Assembly: GCA_910585725.1 (NCBI GenBank)
Contig: CAJUFA010000010.1
Location: 21,450 to 85,449 of the forward strand
Source of the DNA: an uncultured Dorea sp.
Lineage (GTDB): Bacteria; Bacillota; Clostridia; Lachnospirales; Lachnospiraceae
DNA: 64,000 nucleotides
Direction of reading: 5' to 3'
Position 1 is the stretch's first letter, and every line of letters begins with the position of its first letter. The position numbers and the translations under genes are program-made. Of this stretch, positions 17,686 to 27,437 are shown piece by piece. Below the pieces are notes generated by a model, which ran no database searches, was not told the DNA's origin, and saw only the letters and a list, made by a program, of their open reading frames with translations.

Positions 17686-18982
17686 ATCCTTTATATTTTA
17701 TGATTTCCATTACCCTGCCGAGATAGGAAAGGGAGCCGAATGCCAGTATAACGTCGTCGGTATCGGCTTCTTTAAGCGCATGCGATACTGCATCTGAAAT
17801 GCTTTCTTCCGACCGGATCGAAGCGCCGGACATACAGTGTCTTTGCATCACTGCCGCCAGCTCATAGGCAGGAAGAGTACGGTCGGCGTCCGGAAGATCC
17901 ACCGTATGTATAGAAGAAGCCAGAGGCCCCAGAATATCGGCGATTTTCTCATATTCCTTATCTCGGAATACGCCCATGATATAGATGAGACGCTTCCCGG
18001 GGAAATAAGCTTCTATGGATTCCCGCAGTCTTCTGGCGGCATCTTCATTATGCGCTCCGTCGACGAAGAAGGGCGGATCCTTCCTGAGGCAGGTCAGGCG
18101 CCCGGGCCAGACGGCGGAGGATATCCCGCTTTGGATTGCTTCCATGGAGATGGAATATCCAAGGGTATTCAGAGCATACATGGCTTCTATCGCGGTGACC
18201 GCATTATCGATCTGATATCTTCCGGCGAGGGAGCAGTGTATAACCTGATCGTAAATAAAAGTCTGTCCTGTGTAGTCTTCCTTCAGAATCTCTGCTTTTA
18301 GCGGATCGGCGAGACAGAGCGGGCAGTCAAGCTTCTGAGCTTCTTCGACCAGAATTTTCATTACTTCCGGCTGCTGTCTGGCAGTTACGACGGTACATCC
18401 GGGTTTGATGATCCCCGATTTGACCGCCGCAATCTCTTCTATTGTATTTCCAAGCACGCCAAGGTGGTCACGGCTGACGGATGTAAATACGGCGAGGAGC
18501 GTATTGTCTATGATGTTGGTGGCGTCTGTCCTGCCTCCTAATCCGCATTCCAGCATGACCAGGTCGCAATGCATCTCTTTAAAATATAAAAAAGCTATTG
18601 CAGTCTCGGCTTCGAATACAGTCGGACTCGTCTCGCCGGCTGCTTCCATACGGGCAATAGCTTTCTGAACCATGCCGGTCAGTCTGGCGAATGCATCCTC
18701 CGATATCCATTGGGCGTCTACCTGGATGCGCTCCAGATAGGAAACCACTGTCGGTGAGATGTACCTTCCGATTCTGTATCCTGCTTTTTGAAGTATCGTA
18801 GAAGTGTATGCAAGTACAGAGCCTTTTCCGTTCGTCCCGGCAATATGTATGAATTTCAGGTCATCCTGGGGATTACCAAGTTCGTACAACAGCTTTCGAA
18901 CCGGACCCAAACCAAGTACACTTCCGTATTTCGACACATTGTCCAAATATACCCTTGCTTCTTTGTAGGTCACGTTCTTCAT
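17669..18982 (-). CDS. folC: bifunctional folylpolyglutamate synthase / dihydrofolate synthase
   Basis: Mur-ligase P-loop [10 protein letters not shown] and FolC-type length (437 aa). The gene overlaps the folE start. Confidence 0.85.
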   Translation of the reverse strand: MKNVTYKEARVYLDNVSKYGSVLGLGPVRKLLYELGNPQDDLKFIHIAGTNGKGSVLAYTSTILQKAGYRIGRYISPTVVSYLERIQVDAQWISEDAFARLTGMVQKAIARMEAAGETSPTVFEAETAIAFLYFKEMHCDLVMLECGLGGRTDATNIIDNTLLAVFTSVSRDHLGVLGNTIEEIAAVKSGIIKPGCTVVTARQQPEVMKILVEEAQKLDCPLCLADPLKAEILKEDYTGQTFIYDQVIHCSLAGRYQIDNAVTAIEAMYALNTLGYSISMEAIQSGISSAVWPGRLTCLRKDPPFFVDGAHNEDAARRLRESIEAYFPGKRLIYIMGVFRDKEYEKIADILGPLASSIHTVDLPDADRTLPAYELAAVMQRHCMSGASIRSEESISDAVSHALKEADTDDVILAFGSLSYLGRVMEIIKYKGYEKYD

Positions 18983-19095
18983 TTCCTTTCATTTTATTAC
19001 CGGTCAATCATACCATTAAATTTCGATTACGGCAAGAGGAAGTGTTGATTTATGAATAAAAAGGGTGTGAAAAACAGCATGATATGAGTATAGGA

Positions 19096-19125
19096 AAACC
19101 GGCAGGCTAAACAGCCTGCCGGTTT
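19096..19125 (-). terminator. rho-independent terminator of the ABC-2 operon (its 5' arm overlaps the stop codon)
   Basis: CCGGCAGGCT-AAAC-AGCCTGCCGG, followed on the minus strand by TTTT. Confidence 0.7.
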
Positions 19126-20258
19126 CTGGATATGACCAGACCGACTCCTATGAATACTGCCGCGAAGAGCAGCTGCAGACCGTATCCGGTAAATAAAGAG
19201 ATCTGCTGTGAATGGCTGAATGAGGCGTTATTCGCCAGCAGGCCGTTTACAGTCTCATACCAGTATACCGGAAGGAATTGAGCCGCTGTGCGTACTCCTT
19301 TGTTTAGTATGTCAAGATCTACAAATACGCCGCAGAGGAAAGACATACCGAGGGACAGGACGTTGACGACCGCGCTGACCAGTTCTTCACGTTTTACCAG
19401 CGTACCGGACAGGAATGCCAGAGATAAGGATACCAGGGTCATCAGGAAACTGTTGAGCAGATAAAAGGGCATGTTCGGGTCGGTGATGAAAGATTTTCCG
19501 TACATCATGAACGGCAGGATCGTACATATACTCCATACGAATAGGCCAACCAGAATATATCCGAGAACTAATTGTATATTCTGGCTCTGGACCGGAACTG
19601 CCGAGCACATCATCCGTTTCTTTACATCCGGATTGAGGAAAGCAATCATAATATAAGACAGCGCGTAACAGAGAATGGAGATCAGGATATAGGGCATATA
19701 TTGAAACATGAACGCATGATCCGGCGGATCGCCTCCATATCCGTTTTTATCTAATAGTGTGACTTCGGACATATCGTCTCCGTTCTCTATGACGTCTGTG
19801 ATTGCGTCGGTCAGGGAAAATCCGCTTTCTGTCAGGATCCGCACGTCATTTAAGAAGGTATCGATCTGTTGGTCTACATAGAACCCGCTGTTGCTTCCGG
19901 GAATTTTGGTGACGGGAAGCAGTTCCCCGCCATAGAGGCATCGTTCCTCAAAAGATTCCGGAATTGTGACGACGTAGTAGATATCCCGGTAGAACATGCG
20001 GTCCTGAAGGATAGACACGTCGTCCGGAATATCAACCAGGGTATGGAATTGTTCCAGGTAAGCGGTAAGACCGCGGGCGAGTTCTCCATTGTCCCGGTCG
20101 ATCACAGTGATGTTCAGACTCTCCGGTTGAAAAGAAGAAGAGGTGTTATTCGTCGTCTTTTGTACGGCGATGGCGATGGCGAGAAAGACAACGATATACA
20201 GGAACATCAGGTGGATGTTCCGTTTGGTAATCATAAGAAATCCTCTAAATACTGTCAT
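19107..20258 (-). CDS. ABC-2 type exporter permease
   Basis: 383-aa protein with an N-terminal TM helix, a large extracytoplasmic domain and a C-terminal bundle of 5 TM helices. It overlaps the upstream permease gene. Confidence 0.75.
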   Translation of the reverse strand: MTVFRGFLMITKRNIHLMFLYIVVFLAIAIAVQKTTNNTSSSFQPESLNITVIDRDNGELARGLTAYLEQFHTLVDIPDDVSILQDRMFYRDIYYVVTIPESFEERCLYGGELLPVTKIPGSNSGFYVDQQIDTFLNDVRILTESGFSLTDAITDVIENGDDMSEVTLLDKNGYGGDPPDHAFMFQYMPYILISILCYALSYIMIAFLNPDVKKRMMCSAVPVQSQNIQLVLGYILVGLFVWSICTILPFMMYGKSFITDPNMPFYLLNSFLMTLVSLSLAFLSGTLVKREELVSAVVNVLSLGMSFLCGVFVDLDILNKGVRTAAQFLPVYWYETVNGLLANNASFSHSQQISLFTGYGLQLLFAAVFIGVGLVISRNRQAV

Positions 20259-21387
20259 AACGTTCCCTCCTTATGCTTAAAAATGCGATGCCAAGAAGCA
20301 GTACGCTCATAATGGCAAGAATTGCCAGGCACCGTGTGAAACGCTCTATGTCATAGTAGACGCTCATACAGTAGAACGCGTCGCTTAAGACGGCCGCCGG
20401 GTTAATTCGGTTGATGATCGGACAGTTCTGTTCGATAATATTCTTCATATTACCGAACATCAGACCGGCAAGGAATCCCGGTAAGAGCGTGAAGAGAACG
20501 GTGAATCCCATCTTCATACTGAAAGACAGCCGTGCGATACTGCCGATTGCGATTCCAAGGCAGATCCCGATCATACTGCCCATTAGATCCACCAGAAGAA
20601 GAGCTCCCGGATTATCCCCCAGGCTGATGCCGAGTACATGCGCGATATACAGGCAGAGAACCAGAATATTTACAAAATGAATCATGCATAGAACCAGAAA
20701 ATCGATGATGATCAGTTTCAGCTTATGCGTGGGCGTAATGCTTCGTCTGGCGCCGAGAGCGGTCAGGTTGGCCTGGCTGTCGAAGGTAGATTTGACCCCA
20801 AGGAAAGCGCCGGATAAGCAGGCGTATGCCACCAGTGCAAAGAAGTACTGAGAGTTCGGGTTCATGCTTTTACCGCCTAAAGATACTTCCGACGTGGTCT
20901 GCCGATAGTCTTCCATGGCAGCGGCGGCGTCAGGGAGTCTGTCGGGATGAATCATGGCAATTTTCCGGAACATAGCGGCGTTGCGGTTATAAGTTTCCAG
21001 CACAGAGGTCAGAATACTCTCATGGATCCCGTTTTTTGATACGGTCAGAGAGGGGGTCTCCTTTACATAGAAGATACCCAGAATCTTTTCATCGATTAAG
21101 GCGTCAAGGGCTTCTGGTTCATCGGAAATATCCTGGATATCCAGAATTTCTCCGTCCATCTGTTCCAGGAATTTTTCAAAAGCTTTGTGATTCTCCGAGG
21201 AAGAGCCGTCCTGTATTACAGCGACCTTGACCGTGTCCCAGTCGGAGTCGCCGGTACTCTCAATACCGAGACTGCCAAAGGACAGATAGAAAAGTGTGCC
21301 GAGAATCAGCGGAAATGTCAGCGCCCAGAACATAACGGAGAAATCCCGCGTAGTCTGTATAAAACGATATTTGAACAGGTGCAGCAT
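20245..21387 (-). CDS. ABC-2 type exporter permease
   Basis: 380-aa paralogous architecture, placed directly after the ATPase gene. Confidence 0.75.
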   Translation of the reverse strand: MLHLFKYRFIQTTRDFSVMFWALTFPLILGTLFYLSFGSLGIESTGDSDWDTVKVAVIQDGSSSENHKAFEKFLEQMDGEILDIQDISDEPEALDALIDEKILGIFYVKETPSLTVSKNGIHESILTSVLETYNRNAAMFRKIAMIHPDRLPDAAAAMEDYRQTTSEVSLGGKSMNPNSQYFFALVAYACLSGAFLGVKSTFDSQANLTALGARRSITPTHKLKLIIIDFLVLCMIHFVNILVLCLYIAHVLGISLGDNPGALLLVDLMGSMIGICLGIAIGSIARLSFSMKMGFTVLFTLLPGFLAGLMFGNMKNIIEQNCPIINRINPAAVLSDAFYCMSVYYDIERFTRCLAILAIMSVLLLGIAFLSIRRERYDSI

Positions 21388-21401
21388 TGTTATACGCCTC
21401 C

Positions 21402-22346
21402 TTAATCTCTTAATTCTTTGCCGGTGATTTCAAGAAAGACATCATTGAGCGTCGGCAGTTCCGATAATACCCGGCCGAAAGTAATGTCGTGTTCCTGCAG
21501 GAAATTCAGGACACGGACCAAATTATGCTTTGCCGTGCCAAGCCGGATTTTCAGAACCTGTTCTTCGTAGGTAAGGTCAAAGACATGGGGCAGTTCACGG
21601 ATGGCGGCAAGTATGTCCGGACTAAGCAGGATTCCCTCGATAGTGATACTCTCTCCGGTCTTAATCATCTGTTTCAGTTCCTCGGTAGTACCCGTCGCTA
21701 ATACCCGTCCGTGGTCTATAATGGCGATCCGGGAGCAGATCTGTTCTACTTCTTCCATATAATGAGAAGTATAGATGATAGTGGAACCCTGCCGGTTTAA
21801 TTCGAGGATACCCTCTAAGATCTTGTTGCGGCTCTGGGGATCGACGGCGACGGTAGGTTCATCCATGATAATCAGCCTTGGTTTATGGACGATACCACAG
21901 GCGATATTAAGCCTCCTAAGGAGTCCGCCGGAGAGTTTTTTGGGACGCATCTTCGTAAAATCTTCTAATCCTGTGAACGCGACGGCCTCGTCTACCAGCC
22001 GGCGTCTTGCCGCCTTATCTTTGATATACAGGCCGCAGAAATAATCAATATTTTCCCAGACGTTCATCTGCTCAAATACAGCTACATTCTGCATTACGAC
22101 GCCGATGTCTTTCTTAATATCATAACTGTCAGGACGCATTTCCTGACCGAATATGGATATGGTTCCTTTGTCATATTTCAGTAATGCCAGCAGGCAATTG
22201 ATGGCGGTTGTCTTACCGGAACCGTTAGGACCCAGAAGACCAAAGACTTCGCCTTCCTGTATACTTAAGTTTAGATGGTCGAGAGCCACCAGATCATGGT
22301 ATCTTTTTACCAGATTTTCTATACAGATAAAGTCGTTTGAAGCCAT
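21402..22346 (-). CDS. ABC transporter ATP-binding protein (ABC-2/DrrA-like)
   Basis: Walker A GPNGSGKTT, signature LSGGLLRRL, Walker B LIIMDEPT. The start is set at the ATG preceded by GAAGGAGG (MASNDF...). Confidence 0.85.
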   Translation of the reverse strand: MASNDFICIENLVKRYHDLVALDHLNLSIQEGEVFGLLGPNGSGKTTAINCLLALLKYDKGTISIFGQEMRPDSYDIKKDIGVVMQNVAVFEQMNVWENIDYFCGLYIKDKAARRRLVDEAVAFTGLEDFTKMRPKKLSGGLLRRLNIACGIVHKPRLIIMDEPTVAVDPQSRNKILEGILELNRQGSTIIYTSHYMEEVEQICSRIAIIDHGRVLATGTTEELKQMIKTGESITIEGILLSPDILAAIRELPHVFDLTYEEQVLKIRLGTAKHNLVRVLNFLQEHDITFGRVLSELPTLNDVFLEITGKELRD

Positions 22347-22489
22347 GAGAATACCTCCTTCTGATAGTTTGTGTTGGATTTTCATACTTGTAGTATAGAG
22401 AAATGACGTATATAATGGTAGTGGCAGGTGTCAGAACGAGATGTGACAAATGTAATGAAATTTCATGATATACGGCAGACTGACTGTCG

Positions 22490-23632
22490 ATGGGAGACAG
22501 AATGAAGGGTGTAATTAACCAGGCGGTACTCTGGGTATATTGTTTTGCGGCGGCGGTTTTTGTGTCGGCGGACGAATTATTCGTTGCGGCGGCGCTTGCG
22601 GCGCTTCTTTATGCGTGTGGAAATATTCTGATGAGGCAGGAATGGGGGAAGAGAGGATTAACCGTGATTTATATGATTCTTTCTTTCATATGTCCTCAGT
22701 TTCTTTTATTTACCCCTGTGGTTTTATATGGTATATTAGGGGATCGGGACTATGTGGCTGCAGCGGCGCTTGAGGTATTATGTGTCTGGCGTTATGGTCC
22801 GGTCAGTCCGGCGGTCGTCTGTCTGACCGTGGTCGGAAGCATGGTGGCCGGATTGCTTCAATCTCAGGCCGACCGTTATCTTAAGTTAGAAGAGAAATTC
22901 TGTAAGACGCGGGACGACGGGGCGGAGAAGAATCTGCTGCTGAAGGAGAAGAATCAGAGTATCCTTGAGAAACAGGATTATGAGATCTATACAGCGACAT
23001 TAAGAGAGAGAAACCGGATTGCGAGAGAGATTCATGATAATGTAGGGCATATGCTGTCCCGCGCTATCCTGATGGTGGGCGCGATGAAGGCTGTACATGG
23101 AGACGGTAGACTCTCGGCATCTATGGAACAATTAGAAGAGACGCTGAATGCGGCGATGACCAGCGTGAGAAAAAGCGTTCATGATATCCATGATGAATCT
23201 GTGAATCTGAAAGAGATACTGGAAAGCCTGGTGAAGGAATTTTCTTTCTGTCCTGCCAGGCTTGAATATGATATGGGGTATGACGTACCGCGGGAGATTA
23301 GGTACAGTTTTATCGCAATTGTAAAAGAAGCGCTTCATAATATATCAGAGCACAGCAACGCCACGCGGGCAGGGGTGATTGCCAGAGAACATCCGGCATT
23401 TTATCAATTGATTATAGAGGATAATGGTACGGCAGGATCAAAGAGTCTGAAATATACGCAAGACGGATTACCAGGGAGCGACGGATCGTCGGGGATCGGT
23501 CTTAAGAATATGAAAGACCGCGTCGATTCATTCGGCGGAAATATTGATATTCGGCGGGGGAGGGGATGGAGGATCTATATTACCGTTCCGAAAAAAACGC
23601 ACAAAGAGACGACGGGGGCGCCGAAGATGTAA
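22490..23632 (+). CDS. membrane sensor histidine kinase, HisKA_3 (NarX/LiaS/LnrJ-like)
   Basis: Multi-TM N-terminus, H-box REIHDNVGHMLS and ATPase motif GIGLKNMKDRV. Confidence 0.8.
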   Translation: MGDRMKGVINQAVLWVYCFAAAVFVSADELFVAAALAALLYACGNILMRQEWGKRGLTVIYMILSFICPQFLLFTPVVLYGILGDRDYVAAAALEVLCVWRYGPVSPAVVCLTVVGSMVAGLLQSQADRYLKLEEKFCKTRDDGAEKNLLLKEKNQSILEKQDYEIYTATLRERNRIAREIHDNVGHMLSRAILMVGAMKAVHGDGRLSASMEQLEETLNAAMTSVRKSVHDIHDESVNLKEILESLVKEFSFCPARLEYDMGYDVPREIRYSFIAIVKEALHNISEHSNATRAGVIAREHPAFYQLIIEDNGTAGSKSLKYTQDGLPGSDGSSGIGLKNMKDRVDSFGGNIDIRRGRGWRIYITVPKKTHKETTGAPKM

Positions 23633-23647
23633 GAGAGGGGTTATTGT

Positions 23648-24271
23648 ATGAAGATTGTGATTGTAGATGATGATATATTGGTTGCCAGCGCGCTTAAGAC
23701 GATACTGGAGGCAGGGGAAGATGTGACTGTCGCGGGGACGGGCCGGGACGGAAGCGACGCGCTCTCTTTGTACCGCGAGCACAGGCCGGACGTGCTGCTG
23801 ATGGATATTCGTATGCAGAAGGTCAGCGGTCTGGATGCGTCAAAACAGATTATGGAGGAATATCCAGAGGCACGGATTCTCCTTTTGACAACATTTGCAG
23901 ATGACGAGTATATTGTTAAAGCATTAAAATACGGTGTTAAGGGATATTTGCTTAAACAGGATTACCAGAGCATTCTTCCGGCGATCAGGGCGGTGTATAC
24001 CGGCCAGACAGTATTTGGGACGGAGATTATCTCTAAGATTCCGCAGCTTCTGTATGAGAAGAAGACATTTGACTGGAAAGCTTATGATATCAGCGAGAAG
24101 GAACTGCACGTTATATCTCTGGTGGCGGAAGGGTACAGCAATAAAGAGATTGCGGAGAGGCTGTTTTTGAGTGAAGGAACGGTGCGTAATTATATCAGTA
24201 ATATCCTGGATAAGGTAGGGTTAAGGGACCGCACGCAGTTGGCGGTATATTATCTGAAAGCCATGAGGTGA
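23648..24271 (+). CDS. NarL/LuxR-family response regulator
   Basis: Receiver domain (IVIVDDD, DVLLMDIRM) plus LuxR HTH (LSEGTVRNYISNILDKVG). Confidence 0.85.
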   Translation: MKIVIVDDDILVASALKTILEAGEDVTVAGTGRDGSDALSLYREHRPDVLLMDIRMQKVSGLDASKQIMEEYPEARILLLTTFADDEYIVKALKYGVKGYLLKQDYQSILPAIRAVYTGQTVFGTEIISKIPQLLYEKKTFDWKAYDISEKELHVISLVAEGYSNKEIAERLFLSEGTVRNYISNILDKVGLRDRTQLAVYYLKAMR

Positions 24272-24414
24272 TATGGAAATGACTGTTAACAGAACCTAAA
24301 AAACAGATGGCTGGCAAATAAGCAGTAACAAATTATATAGAACGAGATGTATGTTAAGCAGGAAGGGCAGATGTGAAAAACTGCGAAAGAGAAGCAGTAA
24401 TGAAGGAGGATACT

Positions 24415-25107
24415 ATGAGTCAATTTGAAGTTATATTATGGGATGTGGACGGAACTTTGCTGGATTTCCTCACAGCGGAGAGAGCAGCGATATGCTCTCT
24501 TTTCCGGGAGTTCGGTCTGGGGGAATGTACAGATGAGATGATAGGCAGGTATTCCAGGATCAATAAGAGATATTGGGAAAAATTGGAACTCGGAGAGATG
24601 ACGAAGCCCCAGATCCTGGTGGGGCGTTTTAAGGAGTTCTTTCGCGGCGAGGGGCTGGATGAATCTCTGGGGGAAAGTTTCAATGCGGCTTATCAGACAC
24701 GTCTTGGCGATACCATTGCGTTTTGTGACAACAGTAAGGAGATCGTGACCTCTTTCAGAGGAAGATACAAGCAGTATGTAGTATCAAACGGGACGATAGC
24801 GGCTCAGACGAAGAAGCTTAAAAATTCCGGTTTCGATAAGCTTATGGATGGTATTTTCCTGTCTGAACAGGTAGGATATGAGAAACCGGCAAAGGAATTT
24901 TTTGATATTGTATTGCGGGAGATCAAGGCAGCAGAACGGGATAAGGTTTTGATTGTCGGGGATTCTCTGACCGGCGATATGATGGGCGGAACCCGCGCCG
25001 GTATCAAGACCTGCTGGTATAACCCGGACGGGCTTGAGAATCATACGGAGGCAAGAGTGGATTATGAGATCCGGAATTTGAATGAGATTATATTGATCAT
25101 GCGTTAA
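24415..25107 (+). CDS. HAD-IA family hydrolase (YjjG-like nucleotidase type)
   Basis: Motif I ILWDVDGTLLDF, motif II VVSNG, motif III/IV KP...VGDSLTGDM. The start is set at the ATG after AAGGAGGA. Confidence 0.75.
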   Translation: MSQFEVILWDVDGTLLDFLTAERAAICSLFREFGLGECTDEMIGRYSRINKRYWEKLELGEMTKPQILVGRFKEFFRGEGLDESLGESFNAAYQTRLGDTIAFCDNSKEIVTSFRGRYKQYVVSNGTIAAQTKKLKNSGFDKLMDGIFLSEQVGYEKPAKEFFDIVLREIKAAERDKVLIVGDSLTGDMMGGTRAGIKTCWYNPDGLENHTEARVDYEIRNLNEIILIMR

Positions 25108-25110
25108 GCA

Positions 25111-25167
25111 GGATTTGATTTAAAGAGACTCCCGGCAATATTGGTAAAACCGAAGATGTTTACCGGC
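25111..25167 (+). repeat. left copy of a patchy direct repeat flanking the AT-rich island
   Basis: Ordered blocks GGATTT(G)ATTTAAAG, CAATAT, GGTAAAAC and GTTTACCGGC. The same order recurs at 27212-27302. Confidence 0.35.
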
Positions 25168-25415
25168 GTAGAACGGTATCGGTTCATCATGGAGAAAGTG
25201 CGGCGGGTTGGTGTATCCCAGGATGAAGGGTTCCAGAAGCAGGAGGTGTCGGCATGAAGCAGGAAAAGTGGCTAAGTCTGCGATATACCGAATACAGATA
25301 AGATATTTACCGAAATAAAGTAAATGACAGCAACTGCTAATTGCTTTTTGGCACTTTTCAAGCTCTTTATTTTTCTATATGGTCATTTTATAATAGAAAA
25401 AAGGAGGCAATTTTT

Positions 25416-25898
25416 ATGAATACAAATATCATTTCAAAATATTTGCAGTTACTGCGAAAAAAACATAACTACACGCAAGACGAATTAGCAAAAAGATTGG
25501 ATATATCCAGACAAGCTGTTTCAAAATGGGAAACAGGGGCAGCTATTCCAGATTTAGAGGTTCTGCTAAAAATATCTAAGCTTTACGGGATTACAATAAA
25601 TGATATTTTAGAGCCCAATATACCTACTAAAAAGATAACTGATTTTGAACAATTATCAAAAGTGCCAGAAAACGAATTAAAAGAAATATTGGAACAATAT
25701 GATATGGCATCTCTTGTTATAGCTTCAATGGGGTCATCTCCAGAAATTAATAATTTACTGGAAAAATTATTTCCGGATGTAGATTATAAAATGGAAAGAA
25801 ACCATATTGGCAGAATTAGAGTTGATGAAGTTGAAAGAATACAACAGGAAATAGTTTCTGTCATAAATTTAAGAGCTTTAGATAGTGAATTTTTATAA
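25416..25898 (+). CDS. XRE-family HTH protein fused to a FliG C-terminal-like domain
   Basis: N-terminal HTH_3 (YTQDELAKRLDISRQAVSKWETG). The C-terminal 85 aa align by eye to FliG_C (FEQLSKV..ELKEILEQYD..SLVIASMGSSPEINNLLEKL....IGRIRVDEVERIQQEIVSVI). The start is at the ATG after AAGGAGG. Confidence 0.65.
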   Translation: MNTNIISKYLQLLRKKHNYTQDELAKRLDISRQAVSKWETGAAIPDLEVLLKISKLYGITINDILEPNIPTKKITDFEQLSKVPENELKEILEQYDMASLVIASMGSSPEINNLLEKLFPDVDYKMERNHIGRIRVDEVERIQQEIVSVINLRALDSEFL

Positions 25899-26184
25899 AA
25901 TTATAAGTCAAGAAACGAAGTATTATTCCAAAAGGTAAATGGTCAATCTTGAAAAGCAAGAAATCTGGGCAGATGTTACAGCCTTCCAATACAGCCTGTA
26001 TCCGATTTAAAGAACCCCTTTGATTTGCTGTTTTGGCGGTCCTGCGTCCTCATCAAAATCCGATGGAAACAAAATGTAGTACACCTAAGGAGCTGAAAAT
26101 CAGTCTGTCGGTTAATTAGGGCAATTTCTATTAAGATTATTTTAGGAGGTTATGTTATATTAAGTGAGGAAAGGAGTGTCATAT

Positions 26185-26601
26185 ATGAACAATAACACAG
26201 CTGTAAAAAAGGTAGTGGATTATATAGAAACACATATTGACGAGGATCTGTCACTTGATAAAATAGCAAACGCATTAAATTATTCAAAATTCTATATAGC
26301 CAGAATTTTTACTGAAGAAACGAAATGTACGGTTTATAAATACATACAAGGACGTAGATTGACTTTGGCAGCTCAAAAACTTGTGGAAACAGAACAGCCT
26401 ATTGTTGAAATCGCTTATGAAGCACATTATGATTCACAGCAAGCTTTTACATTGGCTTTTAAACAATTTTATGGATGTACGCCTAAAATTTATCGGAAAA
26501 ATGGTGTATTCTATCCGAAACAATCAAAGATAAGTATGATGAGTTCGCTTGGTGGATATAGATTTATGTATTATTTTGCAGGAGGTAAATTAGCAGCATG
26601 A
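26185..26601 (+). CDS. stand-alone AraC/XylS-family (MarA/SoxS-like) transcriptional activator ending in ...KLAA
   Basis: Double HTH_18 ([21 protein letters not shown] and [28 protein letters not shown]) with no ligand domain. The start is at the ATG after GAAAGGAG. Confidence 0.75.
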   Translation: MNNNTAVKKVVDYIETHIDEDLSLDKIANALNYSKFYIARIFTEETKCTVYKYIQGRRLTLAAQKLVETEQPIVEIAYEAHYDSQQAFTLAFKQFYGCTPKIYRKNGVFYPKQSKISMMSSLGGYRFMYYFAGGKLAA

Positions 26602-27188
26602 GTACAATTCCCTATGTTATTGAGCAAACAAGCCGAGGAGAACGAAGTTATGATATTTTTTCAAGGTTATTGTCTGACAGAATTGTTTTTTTGGGAGAAG
26701 AAGTAAGTGATGTTTCAGCAAGTTTAATTATTGCACAAATGTTATTTTTAGAAGCACAAGACCCAGAAAAAGACATTCAGTTATATATAAATAGTCCAGG
26801 CGGTTCTGTTTCAGCGGGCTTTGCTATTTATGATACAATGCAGTATATCAAATGTGATGTTTCAACGATATGTATAGGACTTGCCGCTAGTTTTGGAGCT
26901 TTTTTATTGGCGGGAGGTGCAAAAGGAAAACGTATTGCTTTGCCCAATGCAGAAATTATGATACATCAGCCTGCTATTCATGGCAACGGAATTCAAGGGC
27001 AGGCAACTGATATAAAAATTACATCTGACCATATACAAAAAAGCAAAAAACGTCTTAATGCTATTTTAGCTGATAATATAGGTAAAAGTATTGATGAGGT
27101 CGCTATTGCTACAGAACGTGATAATTATATGACGGCAAAAGAAGCAATGAATTTTGGGTTGATTGATAAAATTATTGATATGCGTTGA
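26598..27188 (+). CDS. clpP: ATP-dependent Clp protease proteolytic subunit (additional ClpP paralogue in an AT-rich island)
   Basis: Full-length ClpP with an intact triad context: GLAASFGAF (Ser), MIHQP (His) and TERDNYM (Asp). Its ATG overlaps the upstream TGA (ATGA). Confidence 0.9.
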   Translation: MSTIPYVIEQTSRGERSYDIFSRLLSDRIVFLGEEVSDVSASLIIAQMLFLEAQDPEKDIQLYINSPGGSVSAGFAIYDTMQYIKCDVSTICIGLAASFGAFLLAGGAKGKRIALPNAEIMIHQPAIHGNGIQGQATDIKITSDHIQKSKKRLNAILADNIGKSIDEVAIATERDNYMTAKEAMNFGLIDKIIDMR

Positions 27189-27211
27189 CTGTTATACAGA
27201 AATGATAATTT

Positions 27212-27312
27212 GGATTTAAAGCAAAAAATCCTAATCAATATCATTACAAAGGTGAAAATATAAAGTCGGTAAACTTGTGAAATTAAGCTGCAGTTTATCG
27301 GCTCTGTTTTTT
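27212..27312 (+). repeat. right copy of the patchy direct repeat; also a probable clpP terminator
   Basis: Blocks GGATTTAAAG, CAATAT, GGTAAAC and GTTTATCGGC, followed by CTCTGTTTTTT. GGTAAAC/GTTTATC can pair as an imperfect stem. Confidence 0.35.
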
Positions 27313-27400
27313 CATAAGAGTTTAAGGCGAACGCCTGCCATATAAAAAAACGATGTTATGGTGGGCGGTATTGCTATGCTCGAAAAGACTTAACAGACAC

Positions 27401-27437
27401 TCTCCAGACCTGTTTTAAAGTTTGGAGGGATTTTTTA
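27401..27437 (+). terminator. orphan rho-independent terminator in a 0.5-kb non-coding gap
   Basis: TCTCCAGAC-ctgttttaaa-GTTTGGAGG followed by ATTTTTT. No intact ORF ends in front of it. Confidence 0.5.
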
